DNA of 64,000 nt from Planctomycetota bacterium (lineage in GTDB: Bacteria; Planctomycetota; MHYJ01; WSZJ01). The stretch spans positions 94,000 to 157,999 of the forward strand of contig JBBTCT010000027.1 in assembly GCA_038060895.1 (NCBI GenBank), given 5' to 3'. Every line of letters starts with the position of its first letter. Position 1 is the stretch's first letter. This document shows, piece after piece, positions 22,270-33,100 of the stretch. Under the pieces are notes generated by a model. It did not search any database, was not told where the DNA came from, and was given only the letters and a program-made list of their open reading frames with translations. Both the position numbers and the translations under genes were made by a program.

Positions 22270-22575
22270 GGTTGGCCCGACATGGGGAGACCGATGCGAA
22301 GGCCTGCTGGGCCGGAGGGTGCGTCCTTGCATGCGCTGGTTCTGCCTGCGCGAGACGAGCCGCTGGCCGGGGTCCTGAAACTCCGGACGACGGGGCGGGA
22401 CAGAGAACTCGCCGCCCCGGAGACCGTTGAGCTGAAGTCAACGGTGTACGGACGCTGAGCCGCGACAATTTCACGGGGAATTAGCGCGACCTTCACCGGT
22501 CGCTAGCGCCCGTCGAGTCTCATCTGTCGAAGCCCGACGGGCGCTCCGCGGGCACCCACAAACGAGGAGGCTCCC

Positions 22576-23088
22576 ATGAAGGTTCAGGATCTATGCCGCC
22601 GGAAGCCGAACACCTGCCTTGCGGAAGCGAACCTGGCCGTGGCCGTGGCAAAGCTGTGGGAAGGGGACAGCGGCGCCCTGATCGTCGTGGACGCTTCCGA
22701 CCGGCCGGTCGCCGTGCTGACGGACCGGGACATCGCGATTGCGCTTGGGACGCGGGACGTACCGGCGAGCGCAATTCGAGTGTCGGAGGTGATGTCGAAG
22801 CGGCTCTACACGTGTCTCGTGAATGACGATGTTCGGACGGCCATCCGGATCATGGTCCGAAACGGGGTGCGGCGGCTGCCGGTGATCGACCAGGAAGCGC
22901 ACGTCGCGGGGATGCTGTCCGTGAACGACCTCGTGCTGGAGGCGCGGCCGGCGCGGACCGGAAAGAGCGAGGATCTGACCTGGGCGGACCTGGTGCCGGC
23001 TCTCGACGTCCTGTTCCGGCCATCGAGATCCAGGATTCCGGACAACATGATGGGAGAGGCGGCCATTTTCGCGACGGTCCGGGCCTAG
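22576..23088 (+). CDS. CBS-domain protein, paralogue of 21597..22088
   Basis: KLWEGDSGAL, VLTDRDIAIAL, VRRLPVID, GMLSVNDL; SD GAGGAGG. Confidence 0.85.
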   Translation: MKVQDLCRRKPNTCLAEANLAVAVAKLWEGDSGALIVVDASDRPVAVLTDRDIAIALGTRDVPASAIRVSEVMSKRLYTCLVNDDVRTAIRIMVRNGVRRLPVIDQEAHVAGMLSVNDLVLEARPARTGKSEDLTWADLVPALDVLFRPSRSRIPDNMMGEAAIFATVRA

Positions 23089-23098
23089 CCAAACTCGC

Positions 23099-24097
23099 TC
23101 AGTACGCCGCGAAGGCGCCCTTTTCAGCCGCCGTCAGTCCGCAATCCTCGAGAAGCTGGAGGTCCATCTCCGAGTTTCTGCCGGAGGTCGTCAGGTAATT
23201 GCCGAGCATCGTGGAGCTCGCGCCCGCGAAGAACATCATTCCCTGGAGGTCGCGCAGGCAGACTTCCCGCCCGCCGGCGGTCTTGATGTCCGATTCCGGG
23301 AGGATGAAGCGCGCGACCGCGAGGCAGCGGAGGCACTCGAGCGGCGGCATCTTCGGGATGTCGCCCATGGGAGTCCCCGCCGTCGGGTTGAGGAAGTTGA
23401 CCGGCACCGTGTCGGCGCCCACCTCGCGCAGGTCGAGCAGCATGTCCACGCGGTCTTCCACGGTCTCGCCCATTCCAAAGATTCCGCCGGAACAGATGTG
23501 GATTCCCTCGACCTTCAGAAACCGGATCGTCTGCAGCCGGTCGTCGTACGAATGCGTCGTGCAGATCCGCGGGAAAAACCGGCGGCTCGTTTCCAGGTTG
23601 TGGTTGTACTCGTGCAGTCCGGCTTCCGCGAGCGCCCTCGCGATCGAAGCGTCCTCGATGATGCCGAGGCTCGCGTCCGGGTGAATGATCCCCTCGGCCT
23701 TGATGCGGCGAAGCGACTCGCACACGTTGTCGAGGATCGCTCCCTTCGTCAGGCCGCGCCACGCCGCCACCAGCCCGAAACAGCCGCTGCCGCGCTTCGC
23801 CGCCTCACGCGCTTCCGCCACGATCGCGTCCACGTCCAGCAACTGGTACTCCTGCACTCCCGTCTTGTAGCGCACGCTTTGCGCGCAGAACACGCAGTCC
23901 TCCGCGCACTTCCCGCTCTTCACGTTCATGATCGAACAGAACGTGATCCGGTCCCCGCGGAACTGGTGCCTGATCCGGTTCGCGGCGGCGAAGAGGTCCA
24001 GGAGGTCCGGCCCTTCGTAGGTGAAGAGCTCGAGCGCTTCTTCGCGCGTGACTTTGCCGCCTTTGAGGATCCGGTCGCGGAGTTGGAAGACGTCCAT
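23099..24097 (-). CDS. bioB: Biotin synthase (radical SAM)
   Basis: KSGKCAEDCVFCAQS, YNHNLET, CSGGIFGMGE, VPVNFL, AGGRE, GNYLTT. Confidence 0.95.
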   Translation of the reverse strand: MDVFQLRDRILKGGKVTREEALELFTYEGPDLLDLFAAANRIRHQFRGDRITFCSIMNVKSGKCAEDCVFCAQSVRYKTGVQEYQLLDVDAIVAEAREAAKRGSGCFGLVAAWRGLTKGAILDNVCESLRRIKAEGIIHPDASLGIIEDASIARALAEAGLHEYNHNLETSRRFFPRICTTHSYDDRLQTIRFLKVEGIHICSGGIFGMGETVEDRVDMLLDLREVGADTVPVNFLNPTAGTPMGDIPKMPPLECLRCLAVARFILPESDIKTAGGREVCLRDLQGMMFFAGASSTMLGNYLTTSGRNSEMDLQLLEDCGLTAAEKGAFAAY

Positions 24098-24169
24098 GGT
24101 GGCCTCGAGGTGGTGAAGGGAGGGAGCCACAATCGGGGAAGGAGGGAACGCGGTCAAGAGTTGCGGATT

Positions 24170-27100
24170 TCACTTCTTCGATTCGGCGGCCTCAATCAAC
24201 GTCAGCAGCGCCAGCGCCGTGCCGACGCTTTTCCCCTGCATCTGCCCATCGACGAATCCGCCGTCGATCTCCTGCGTCGGGAGGACCTGCTCGACCAGTT
24301 TCGCGGCGAGGCCGCGCTGGTCGTTCGCGGGGAGGAGGCGGATGGTGCGGGCGGCGTACCAGCAGCCGAAGTAATAGTGATAGGCGTCGTGGACGACGCT
24401 GGCGTCGAAGTGGGACTCCCAGACTTTCGACGTTCCGCGCACTTCTTCCAGGTGCTTGAAAAAGAGGTCGATCGATTCCCGGACGCGGCCGGCCGTCTTT
24501 TCGAAACCGGCCTTCGTGAGGGCCAACTCGATGAGGGGCGACCGCATGGCGGATCCCTCCGGTTGGGAATCTGAAGTCAGCTGTTCCATCCGGGTGCCGT
24601 AATGAAAAACCGCCTTCTTCCCCAGGCGGCACTTCTCGAGCCAGGCGCCCGCGCGCTCCATCATCTTCGGATCGACGGCGACACCCAGCGCCTTGAGCTC
24701 GGCGAGCGACAGCAGGATCGGCGCCGTGTTGAACGTGTGTAGCCGGGGCGCAGGCATGTACGACCACGCGCCTCCCGACTCCATCCGGGCCACCGACTCC
24801 AGCAGCTTCTTCACGCGCTTCGCCGCTGTTTCCTTCTCCGCCCCTTTCGACTCCGCCAGCAGGCGCGTTTCGAGGTGCAGCACGTACGTCACCTGCCAGA
24901 TCCAGTCGCCGGGCCGGTCTTCCCACTCGCGCACGAACTGAATCCCGCGAGCGGCGCCTTCCTTTGCTTTCGCTGCGCGGGCGGCGTCCAGGCGGGGAAG
25001 CGCCGCGCGCAGGGCGCAGACCGCGAGCGCGGAGCGCGCCGGCGCGTAATCAAACTGGGATCCTGTGCCGTCAGCGGGGGAGTCCCCGAGCTTCGGATTC
25101 CGCCACGAGCCGTCGGGGCGCTGCTGCGCGAGCAGGTAGTCCACCCCGGCGTCGATCGCGTCCTCAAGCGACCGCTTCCGTTCCGTTCCGCGCGCCAGCG
25201 GGTCCGCGGCGACCGGCTCGGTCGTCGCCCACTCTTCGAGGAAGGGGCCCGAGCGTGAATACCGAAGCGCGGCCAGTGCGGCCCAGGGGCCGGCGGGCGC
25301 CCTCTCGACGATGCCGCGCCAGGCGTCTTCCGCTTCCGCTCGCTTCCCTGCAGCGTCCTGCAGCAGTCCCTTCACGTATTCCGCCCGGTCGCGTCCCGGG
25401 TCGCCGTCCGGCGCTGGAAATCCCGGGTCGAGTGCCTTGCGCGCTTCGTCGAATCGCCGCTGGCGGGTGAGCAGGTCGGCGAGGAGTGCGGCTCGGGAAA
25501 CGCGAAGACTCTCCGGCGTCCGCATCGCCCTGAGGAGTTTTTCGGCGGCATCCAGGTCCCCCGTCAGCATCGCGATCTCTCCGCGCGCGAGCCCGTGCCA
25601 GTCGTCATTCGCCTGCGAAACGGCGTCCAGTTCGGCTTTCGCCTCGCGGAACGCGCCGCAAGCGAGCAATTCTTCAACGAGCTTGCGCCGAAGGGTCGAA
25701 TCCGCGGGCTGCTTTCTTGCCGCGTCGCGCGCAGCCCCGACCGCGTCGTCGAGTGGCGCCTGCTTCGGATTTACCGCCAGGACTGCCATGCAGGCCTGGT
25801 GAAATCGGGCCGGACTGAAGACGCCCATGTGCGTGACCGCGTGGACGAGTTTTCCGTCAGGAGTCGTCCAGAGGACAGCAGGGGGAACAGAGTCCGCGCA
25901 CCGGGTCCCGAGTTTCTGAAGCGGGTCGACCATGCGGCTCGTTCCCCTGGAAGGGAAGTGCTCCGTGCAAAGACGCAGGCGAAGGAGGACGAACCGCCGC
26001 CCGGCCAGTGAAGCGTTGCGCGGGTCGCCGAGAAGAGCCGTGAGAATCGCCCGCTCCTTGGTGAATCCAGTCTCGAAGCTTCGCACGAATTCCTCTGTCT
26101 GGTTCGGACCAGGCGGGTTGGCCTTGCGAACGTCGTCGGCCCCGTCGTAGCCGTCCTCGAAGTGCCCGTTCTCGTACGGGAGCACGAACGCGACGATCAT
26201 CCGGCCGCTTTTTGCCGCAGTGGAGATTGCTTCCTCCAGGGACTTCGCCCAGGGCAGCCGGTCGATAGAGTTTTCGGCCTGCGGAAGCGGTTTTGCGGGA
26301 GGCGGTGAGGCGAGGACAAGAAGAGCCGCGGCGGCGGCTTCCCGGACGGGGAACGCATTTTTCCCGGTCCGGGGATCGGGAGCGGTGTAGCCGTCCTTCT
26401 CCGACATTTCTCTCAGCCTGGCTTCGACCGCCTTGTTGCCGTGGCCTGTTTTCCCGAGACCTTCGGCGGTGTAGAGGCGGACCGCCCAGACATCGTCGCG
26501 ACTCGCAGCCAGAAGCGCGGGGACGCACTTCGGGGATCCGATTGCGCCCAGGCACCAGGCGGCCATGAAGCGCTGCTGCAGGTCATGGCTCGTGTCCTCG
26601 AGAGCGAGAACGACCTCCGCGATGGCGGCTTCGCCGAACTTCTCGGCGATTGCCTTCCACGCGGCACCGGCCTCGGCGTCCCTTTTCTCCAGCGCGAGAT
26701 CGACCGCGTCCTTGATTTCCTTCGGATCCGCGGGGGCCGGTTTTTCGCCGGCGACGGTGCCGCCGAGTTTTTTCACCAGCGCCTTGAACCGGGCGGGGTC
26801 GGCGCCGAGTGCGCCGGCCAGCATGTCGAGGTCATACAGCCCCTCGAGAAATGCGGTGTCGTACGTCCAGAATACGAACGGGAGCTTTGCGTCCTTCGCG
26901 AGCTTCAGGAACTCGGAGAGCTTCGCGTCGGGCATCCGGTCCGTAGCGCCCCAGGTGATCTTTGCGAGCGCCGGCCCCCCCGCGCGCGCTTCGGCCCGGA
27001 CCTTCGTCGCGGAGGCAATGTCCTCCCTGAAGTCCGCGTCCTCCCGCAGGAAGACGTAAGGCCTCGCGACGTCGACGACCTCTTTCATCGCGGCGAACCA

Positions 27101-27736
27101 CGCGGAGTCCGGCGGATAGACGACGGCGAGCCGGGAGTCCTTCTTCACCTGCGTCATCGCCGCCTTCACTTCCTGCAGGAAGCGCCGGGTCCCGGCGTTG
27201 GCTGCGTCGGCGTCCTTTGCCTTCGCGGCTGCGCAGCCGGCGCACGCGCACCAGTTTCGCGGGTTGTACACGGTGACCTCCTCCAGCGACGGACACCGGC
27301 GGAGAATGTCCGCTGCCCACTTCACGCCCCACGCGCGGGCTTTCTCGCTCGAGAAGCAGATTTCCCGGTGTGACTCGTCCGCGGGCTTTCCGTCCGCGTC
27401 CGCCTGCGTCTCGACTCCGATCTCTTCCGCTTCATGCGCGAAGAACCTCGGCCGGTACATCGCTGCAACTTCGACGCCATCCGCTTTCAGGGCCTTGACG
27501 AGATCATCCACCTTCGCGAAATCCGTCCGGTCCCAGTGAGCCGTGATCCACGCCCAGTCCACGACGACGTGGCGAAAATGTCCTTCGGCCACGAACGCCC
27601 GGATGTCGGCGACGGATTGGTCTTTTCCAATCGACGACGCGAGGACGGCAATTCCCGCTTCATGGGGAGGAGGCTCTGCAATCGAGCCGGACACCAGGAA
27701 GATCAGGAACGCGGTCGCGGCAAGGGCTCGAAGCAT
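24170..27736 (-). CDS. Large secreted multidomain protein (GH-like TIM barrel, HEAT, thioredoxin-like, TPR, prenyltransferase/squalene-oxidase-repeat toroid)
   Basis: Signal peptide; EICFSS..WCACAGC; DDVWAVRLY HEAT; LPWAKSLEEAI..A; TPR-like helices; GVDYLLAQQRPDGSW and QEIDGGF QW-type repeats. Confidence 0.65.
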   Translation of the reverse strand: MLRALAATAFLIFLVSGSIAEPPPHEAGIAVLASSIGKDQSVADIRAFVAEGHFRHVVVDWAWITAHWDRTDFAKVDDLVKALKADGVEVAAMYRPRFFAHEAEEIGVETQADADGKPADESHREICFSSEKARAWGVKWAADILRRCPSLEEVTVYNPRNWCACAGCAAAKAKDADAANAGTRRFLQEVKAAMTQVKKDSRLAVVYPPDSAWFAAMKEVVDVARPYVFLREDADFREDIASATKVRAEARAGGPALAKITWGATDRMPDAKLSEFLKLAKDAKLPFVFWTYDTAFLEGLYDLDMLAGALGADPARFKALVKKLGGTVAGEKPAPADPKEIKDAVDLALEKRDAEAGAAWKAIAEKFGEAAIAEVVLALEDTSHDLQQRFMAAWCLGAIGSPKCVPALLAASRDDVWAVRLYTAEGLGKTGHGNKAVEARLREMSEKDGYTAPDPRTGKNAFPVREAAAAALLVLASPPPAKPLPQAENSIDRLPWAKSLEEAISTAAKSGRMIVAFVLPYENGHFEDGYDGADDVRKANPPGPNQTEEFVRSFETGFTKERAILTALLGDPRNASLAGRRFVLLRLRLCTEHFPSRGTSRMVDPLQKLGTRCADSVPPAVLWTTPDGKLVHAVTHMGVFSPARFHQACMAVLAVNPKQAPLDDAVGAARDAARKQPADSTLRRKLVEELLACGAFREAKAELDAVSQANDDWHGLARGEIAMLTGDLDAAEKLLRAMRTPESLRVSRAALLADLLTRQRRFDEARKALDPGFPAPDGDPGRDRAEYVKGLLQDAAGKRAEAEDAWRGIVERAPAGPWAALAALRYSRSGPFLEEWATTEPVAADPLARGTERKRSLEDAIDAGVDYLLAQQRPDGSWRNPKLGDSPADGTGSQFDYAPARSALAVCALRAALPRLDAARAAKAKEGAARGIQFVREWEDRPGDWIWQVTYVLHLETRLLAESKGAEKETAAKRVKKLLESVARMESGGAWSYMPAPRLHTFNTAPILLSLAELKALGVAVDPKMMERAGAWLEKCRLGKKAVFHYGTRMEQLTSDSQPEGSAMRSPLIELALTKAGFEKTAGRVRESIDLFFKHLEEVRGTSKVWESHFDASVVHDAYHYYFGCWYAARTIRLLPANDQRGLAAKLVEQVLPTQEIDGGFVDGQMQGKSVGTALALLTLIEAAESKK

Positions 27737-27769
27737 GAGATCACCCGGAATGCGATTCCCAGCATGGTA

Positions 27770-28918
27770 TCAGCGGCGGCGCTTCCACTCCGTCATCGCA
27801 TCGAGCAGCCCGTCGATCTGCGCGGGTGCGTGCGCGGCCGTCACGGTGATCCTGAGCCTCGCGGTCCCGGTCGGAACCGCCGGGGGACGGATCGGGTGGA
27901 CGAAGAATCCTTTTTCGAGAAGGAATTCGCTCGTCGCGACCGCCGCTTTGTTTTCACCGACGACGACCGGGAGAATCGGGACCCGCGGGTCGCCGTGCGT
28001 GTCGTAGCCGACCTGGGTGAGCCCGGAGCGCAACCTCCTGGCGTTGGCCGCGAGCCGCTCACGGTCTTCCGGCCTTTTCTGGACCAGCACCAGGGCCGCC
28101 AGGGCGGCTGCCGCCGCGGCCGCAGGGAGCCCGGTCGTGAACATCAGCGAGCGGGCGAAATTGCGCAGCAGGCCGCACGCGTCCCTCGATCCAGCGACAA
28201 GGGCCCCTACTCCCCCAAGAGCTTTCGAAAGTGTCAGCATCCGAAAGTCCGGCCGAATTCCCGCTTCAGCGCATACCCCCCGCCCGCCCGGCCCGATCAC
28301 CCCCGTCGCATGCGCTTCGTCCACCGCGAAAAGCGCTCCTCGCGCCGCCTGCGCCATCTCCGCAACCGGTGCGACGTCGCCGTCCATGCTGAAGACCGTG
28401 TCGGTGACGAAGAGCCTGCGCCCCGCGGCGGTAACCAGGGCTCGCTGAAGCGCTTCGGGATCTGAGTGGGGGAGAACGATGACGGCGGCCCCGGAAGTCC
28501 GGCACGCGTCGATCAGCGATGCATGGTTCATTTCGTCGCTCAGGACGGCATCGCCGCGACCCACCGTCGCGCCGATCATTCCTGCATTGGCGGAAGCGCC
28601 GCTGGGGAACAGCACCGAGTCCTCTTCGCCCAGCCATTCCGCGACGGCGCGCTCCAGCGCGGCGTGCGGCCGTTGCGTCCCGCAGACGAGCCGGCTGGCG
28701 CCCGTCCCCCATCCCCATTCGTCGATGGCCCGTTTCGCGGCATCCCGCACCTCGGGATGATTCGCGTAGCCGAGGTAATCATTCGAAGAGAAATTCGCCA
28801 CTTCCCGCCCGTCGAGCCGCAAGACGGGCCCCTGGGGCGCATCGAAGACGCGGATCGAACGCAGTCCGTCCTGACGCACTGCGTCATCCAGTCTGTCGCG
28901 AAAGGGGGAGTCGGACAT
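27770..28918 (-). CDS. bioF: 8-amino-7-oxononanoate synthase
   Basis: NFSSNDYLG, GTGASRLV, DEMNHASLID, VFSMDGD, VDEAHA, TLSKALG, IRPPAVP..RLR. Confidence 0.92.
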   Translation of the reverse strand: MSDSPFRDRLDDAVRQDGLRSIRVFDAPQGPVLRLDGREVANFSSNDYLGYANHPEVRDAAKRAIDEWGWGTGASRLVCGTQRPHAALERAVAEWLGEEDSVLFPSGASANAGMIGATVGRGDAVLSDEMNHASLIDACRTSGAAVIVLPHSDPEALQRALVTAAGRRLFVTDTVFSMDGDVAPVAEMAQAARGALFAVDEAHATGVIGPGGRGVCAEAGIRPDFRMLTLSKALGGVGALVAGSRDACGLLRNFARSLMFTTGLPAAAAAAALAALVLVQKRPEDRERLAANARRLRSGLTQVGYDTHGDPRVPILPVVVGENKAAVATSEFLLEKGFFVHPIRPPAVPTGTARLRITVTAAHAPAQIDGLLDAMTEWKRRR

Positions 28919-29030
28919 GGGGGCGTGACAATAGCGGGGGTTCGCCGGGCATGGAAGCGAGATGAGTGCGGGAATTCCCGCGTGAGCGCGCTTCACGCTG
29001 CGGGCTTCCTGTGACAGAATCCCGCCCCCC

Positions 29031-30062
29031 ATGAAAAAACTCCCGTGGTTGCTCGCGATCGCAGGCTGCTCCGCCGCGCTGGACCCTCTGCCGCCGAATC
29101 CTCGCGCTGACGAAAAGCGCCTGCCCGGCCTGCAGCAGCTCACTTTCAGCGGCGAGAACGCGGAGGCTTACTTTTCGGCCGACGGCCGGCGGCTCATCCT
29201 GCAGTCCACCCACGGCGACATGGAGGCGGACCAGATTTTCATTCTGCCGGTTACCGGTGGAGAGATGACGCGGGTCTCGACAGGCAAAGGTAAGTGCACG
29301 TGCGCGTGGTTCTTTCCCGACGGGAAGAGAATTCTCTTCGCCTCGACTCACCTTGCGGGTGACGAGCCGCCGCCGAAGCCGGACTACTCGAAAGGGTACG
29401 TGTGGGCGGTGCACGACGAGTACGACATCTACACGGCCAACGAGGACGGCACCGGACTGAAGCGCGTGACGGAGAATCCCCGCTACGACGCCGAGGGGAC
29501 GATGAACCATGACGGGAGCCGGATCGTCTTCACGAGCCACCGCGACGGGGATCTCGACATCTATTCGATGAAGCCCGACGGGACGGACGTGAAGCGACTG
29601 ACGGACGAGCCGGGGTATGACGGAGGCGCGGTTTACTCGCCCGACGGCGCGAAAATCGTGTACCGCTCGTTCCATCCAACCGGGTTGGCGCTCGAGGAAT
29701 TCCGGGCCCTGCTCTCTGAGGCCAGGGTCCGCCCGACCACGATGGAACTCTGGGTCATGGACGCCGACGGCTCGCGCCGCCGCCAGATCACGAAGCTCGG
29801 CGGCGCGAATTTCGCCCCGGCCTGGCACCCCGACGGCGAACGCATCATTTTTGCCTCCAATCACCTCGATCCGAAATCCCGCAATTTCGACCTCTTCCTC
29901 GTGAACGAAGACGGCTCCGGCCTTGTACGCGTGACTACCAGCGACACGTTCGACGGCTTCCCGATGTTCAGCAGCGACGGGAAGCGCCTGGTGTTTGCTT
30001 CGAACCGGGACAGCGCGGTGAAAGGCGAGACGAACATCTTTCTCGCCGATTGGGAGGAGTAG
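29031..30062 (+). CDS. PD40/TolB-like beta-propeller protein, probable lipoprotein
   Basis: IAGC lipobox; GENAEAYFS, repeated SPDG..IVF.S.R, GYDGG, FDGFPMFS. Confidence 0.8.
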   Translation: MKKLPWLLAIAGCSAALDPLPPNPRADEKRLPGLQQLTFSGENAEAYFSADGRRLILQSTHGDMEADQIFILPVTGGEMTRVSTGKGKCTCAWFFPDGKRILFASTHLAGDEPPPKPDYSKGYVWAVHDEYDIYTANEDGTGLKRVTENPRYDAEGTMNHDGSRIVFTSHRDGDLDIYSMKPDGTDVKRLTDEPGYDGGAVYSPDGAKIVYRSFHPTGLALEEFRALLSEARVRPTTMELWVMDADGSRRRQITKLGGANFAPAWHPDGERIIFASNHLDPKSRNFDLFLVNEDGSGLVRVTTSDTFDGFPMFSSDGKRLVFASNRDSAVKGETNIFLADWEE

Positions 30063-30117
30063 GGCCCGGCGCGGTTCCCCTTCATTCGTCGCGCCGGCTG
30101 GCGCATAATCCGACCCC

Positions 30118-33100
30118 GTGTTGACCCCGGAAGACCTCGCCCTCGCCCAATCCCTGCTGAAGAGCGGCCGCATTCCGGCTGAGGCGCTTCAGCACCAGAT
30201 TTCCCTCATCGCCGCCGCCCCCGGGAAAAGCCTGGGGGCCTCGCTCGAGGAAGCGGGACTGTTGCCGCGCGGCGAACTCGCGCGCCTGACGGAGACGTTC
30301 GCCTCCAAGGGGACCCGGGTACCCGCGATCGCCGTTGGGGCAGGCGGGCGGAAGAAACTGGGCCGGTACGAGCTGGTCCGGGAACTCGGAAGAGGCGGAA
30401 TGGGCGTCGTCTACGAGGGATTCGAGCCGGGATTGAAACGGCGCGTCGCGATCAAGACGATCATCGCCGGCGAAGGAGCCCCGGAGGACATGGTCGAGAG
30501 GTTCGTGCGCGAGTCGCGCGCCGCCGCGGCACTTCAGCATCCGAACATCGTGCAGGTCTACGAAGTCGGCGAGGCGGACGGCGTGAAATACTTCGCCATG
30601 GAATACGTCGAGGGTACTTCCCTCGACAAGGTCATCAAGCAAGACGGCGCCCTTCCGCCGCGCCGCGCGCTCCGGATTGCCGCCGAGGCGGCCCGGGCGC
30701 TTCAGCATGCGCATGAAAAGGGGATCATTCACCGCGACGTGAAGCCGGGAAACATCCTGCTCGCGGAGGTTCCCGACGCTTCGCTCGTGCGCTCCATGGA
30801 TGGCGGGGAGCGCCCCGAGCGGATCCTGCTGACGGACTTCGGGCTCGCGAAAGAAATGGGCGGGTCTTCTTCGCTGACCCTGAGCGGAAACCTGATCGGC
30901 ACCCCGGCGTACATGAGCCCCGAGCAGGCCGCAGGCAAGATCCGGGAAATCGATGCCCGCAGCGACGTCTACTCCCTCGGCGCCGTCCTCTACGAATTGC
31001 TGGCCGGAAAACCCCCGTTCGGCGGCGACACGCTCGCTTCCGTCCTCTCTGACATCCGGTCCATCGACGCCAGGCCGCTGCGCGGAGTGCGCCAGGGCGT
31101 CCATCGCGACGTGGAGTTGATCGTCCAGAAGGCGATGGCGAAGGACAAGGACCGCCGATACGGTTCCGCCGCCGAATTCGCCGACGACATCGAACGATGG
31201 CTGGGCGGGGAAGCGGTCGTCGCCGCTCCGCCCACGCTCATTTACCGGGTTGCCCGCTTCGCGCGCCGCCGCCGCGCCGCCCTTCTCTCCGCCGCGGCCT
31301 GTCTCGTCGCCGTTGGTTCCCTCGGCGGCTGGCTCGGCTGGCGCCATGTGAGGGACCGTGCAGAAGCGGCCCAGCGCGCCGCGAGCGAAGCACAAGGCAG
31401 GGAGACGCGGGCAAAAGATCATGTGATCGCGGCGTACCGCCTCATCGACCGGGCGGAATTCGACGGCGCGATGGTGGAGCTGAAACTGGCGGAAGCGGAG
31501 GTTCCGGGGTTTGCCGCGGCCGTCACATCCGCCCGCGAATGCCGCCGGAAACGGTCGATCCACGCGATGTCGGAAGCCCTGTCGCGCGAGAACTGGAAGG
31601 GAGCGCTGGCGATCGCGGAGGTGTCCGCCGAGTTTCGCTCGGATCCTGAGATCGTGGTGCTCACGCGTCGCGCGCACGGCACGTGCTCGATCGAGGTGAC
31701 CTCGGCCGAACCGGGAATCGAAGCGGACATGGGAGCGCCCGAGCCGGGAGTGCCCTGGGAGGAAGGTTCTTTTCCCGCGATGGAACTCGCGCGGCGGGTC
31801 GGCCTGTGCCGGCCGCTGGGTTCAGCACCCGTGGCAAAATTCGACGCGGGCTTTGGAGATCATCTCGTCGTCCTGAGCCGCGCGGGCAAAGCCGTGCGAG
31901 TCATCCCGCTCCGGCTTTCCCGCAGCACGGACCTTCGAATCGATTACCGAGTGCTGCGGCCTGGATCGGTCCCCGGCGCGACCCACGAGACCCTCTCCGC
32001 TGCGCTCAAGGATGCACTTCCCGGCAACATCGTGGAACTTCACGGCGGCTCTCACTCCCTGCTGGAGACCAGAATTCCGGCCGGGGTCATGATCCGGGCC
32101 GTCGAGGGAACCGAGCCTCACATCGTTTCTCCCGAGGGACACACGAGTTTTGACGGAATCCGGGCGCACGGGGCGGTTCTCGAAGGCCTTACCTTTGAGC
32201 CCTCAATAGGATCGGGACTGGTGTTCAACGGCGCCTTCAGGCCGGTCATCCGGCGATGCCAATTCGACAAGGTCGGCGCACGCACGCTCGACTTCACCAA
32301 CTCCGACGATTGGCTCGTGCGCGATTGCCGGATAGCCGGGCCCCGCCGCTACGGCGTGGCTGCTGAAAACAGCCTCGGAGGAACCGTGTTTCGGGTCGAT
32401 TGCCGCAACTCTTCCGACGCGGGTTTCGAACTCTCCGGCCGCCGCCAGCGCGTGATCCAGTGCGTGGTGGAAGATTGCGCCAAACTCGGCGTCGGCATCG
32501 AAGGCCAGGACGCCGTCGTCACCGGCTGCCGGATTGCCCGAAGCGGCGTCCAGGGACTCGTGGTCGTGAAGGCGTTCGGCGCCCGCCTCGAAGACAACCT
32601 CCTGCTCGGCAATTGCCATCGCCCCGCCGGCGACGAACCATCCTCGGTCGTCATCTATGACAGCGGCCGCGTCCGCTTCCGCTTCAACACGATCGTCGGC
32701 GGCAAGGGCGTTGGCCTGGGCATCAAGATGTGCGGCGGCTATTTCGAATCCTGGATCGCTTCGGGAATCGAGGGAAGAGCCTTCCATCTCCACGGAATGC
32801 CGGGGCCCGGAATTGACGTCGAGGACGCCACGACGCTCGACTGGTTCGTCACCTGGAACTGCCGGCTCTGGGGGCGCTTCGATACCGTCGAGTTTCCGAA
32901 GATCACGGATGCGACGAACAGCCCGCGGATTGACGGGACGCAGGGATGGAAAGCCGCGCGCGAGGTCGTCGAGTGCGATCCCGGATTTGTCGATCCGGAA
33001 CACGGCGACTACCGCCTGTCGCGCGAGAGCACGGCGCGCGGAAAGGGGCGGGATGGCGCCGACCCCGGCGTCCGGTGGGAAGCGCTTTCGGCCGACCTGA

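Noticed and set aside
22282-22458. 58-codon ORF with a weak SD
   Set aside because: No recognisable motif and it overlaps the hairpin run; not supportable as a CDS.
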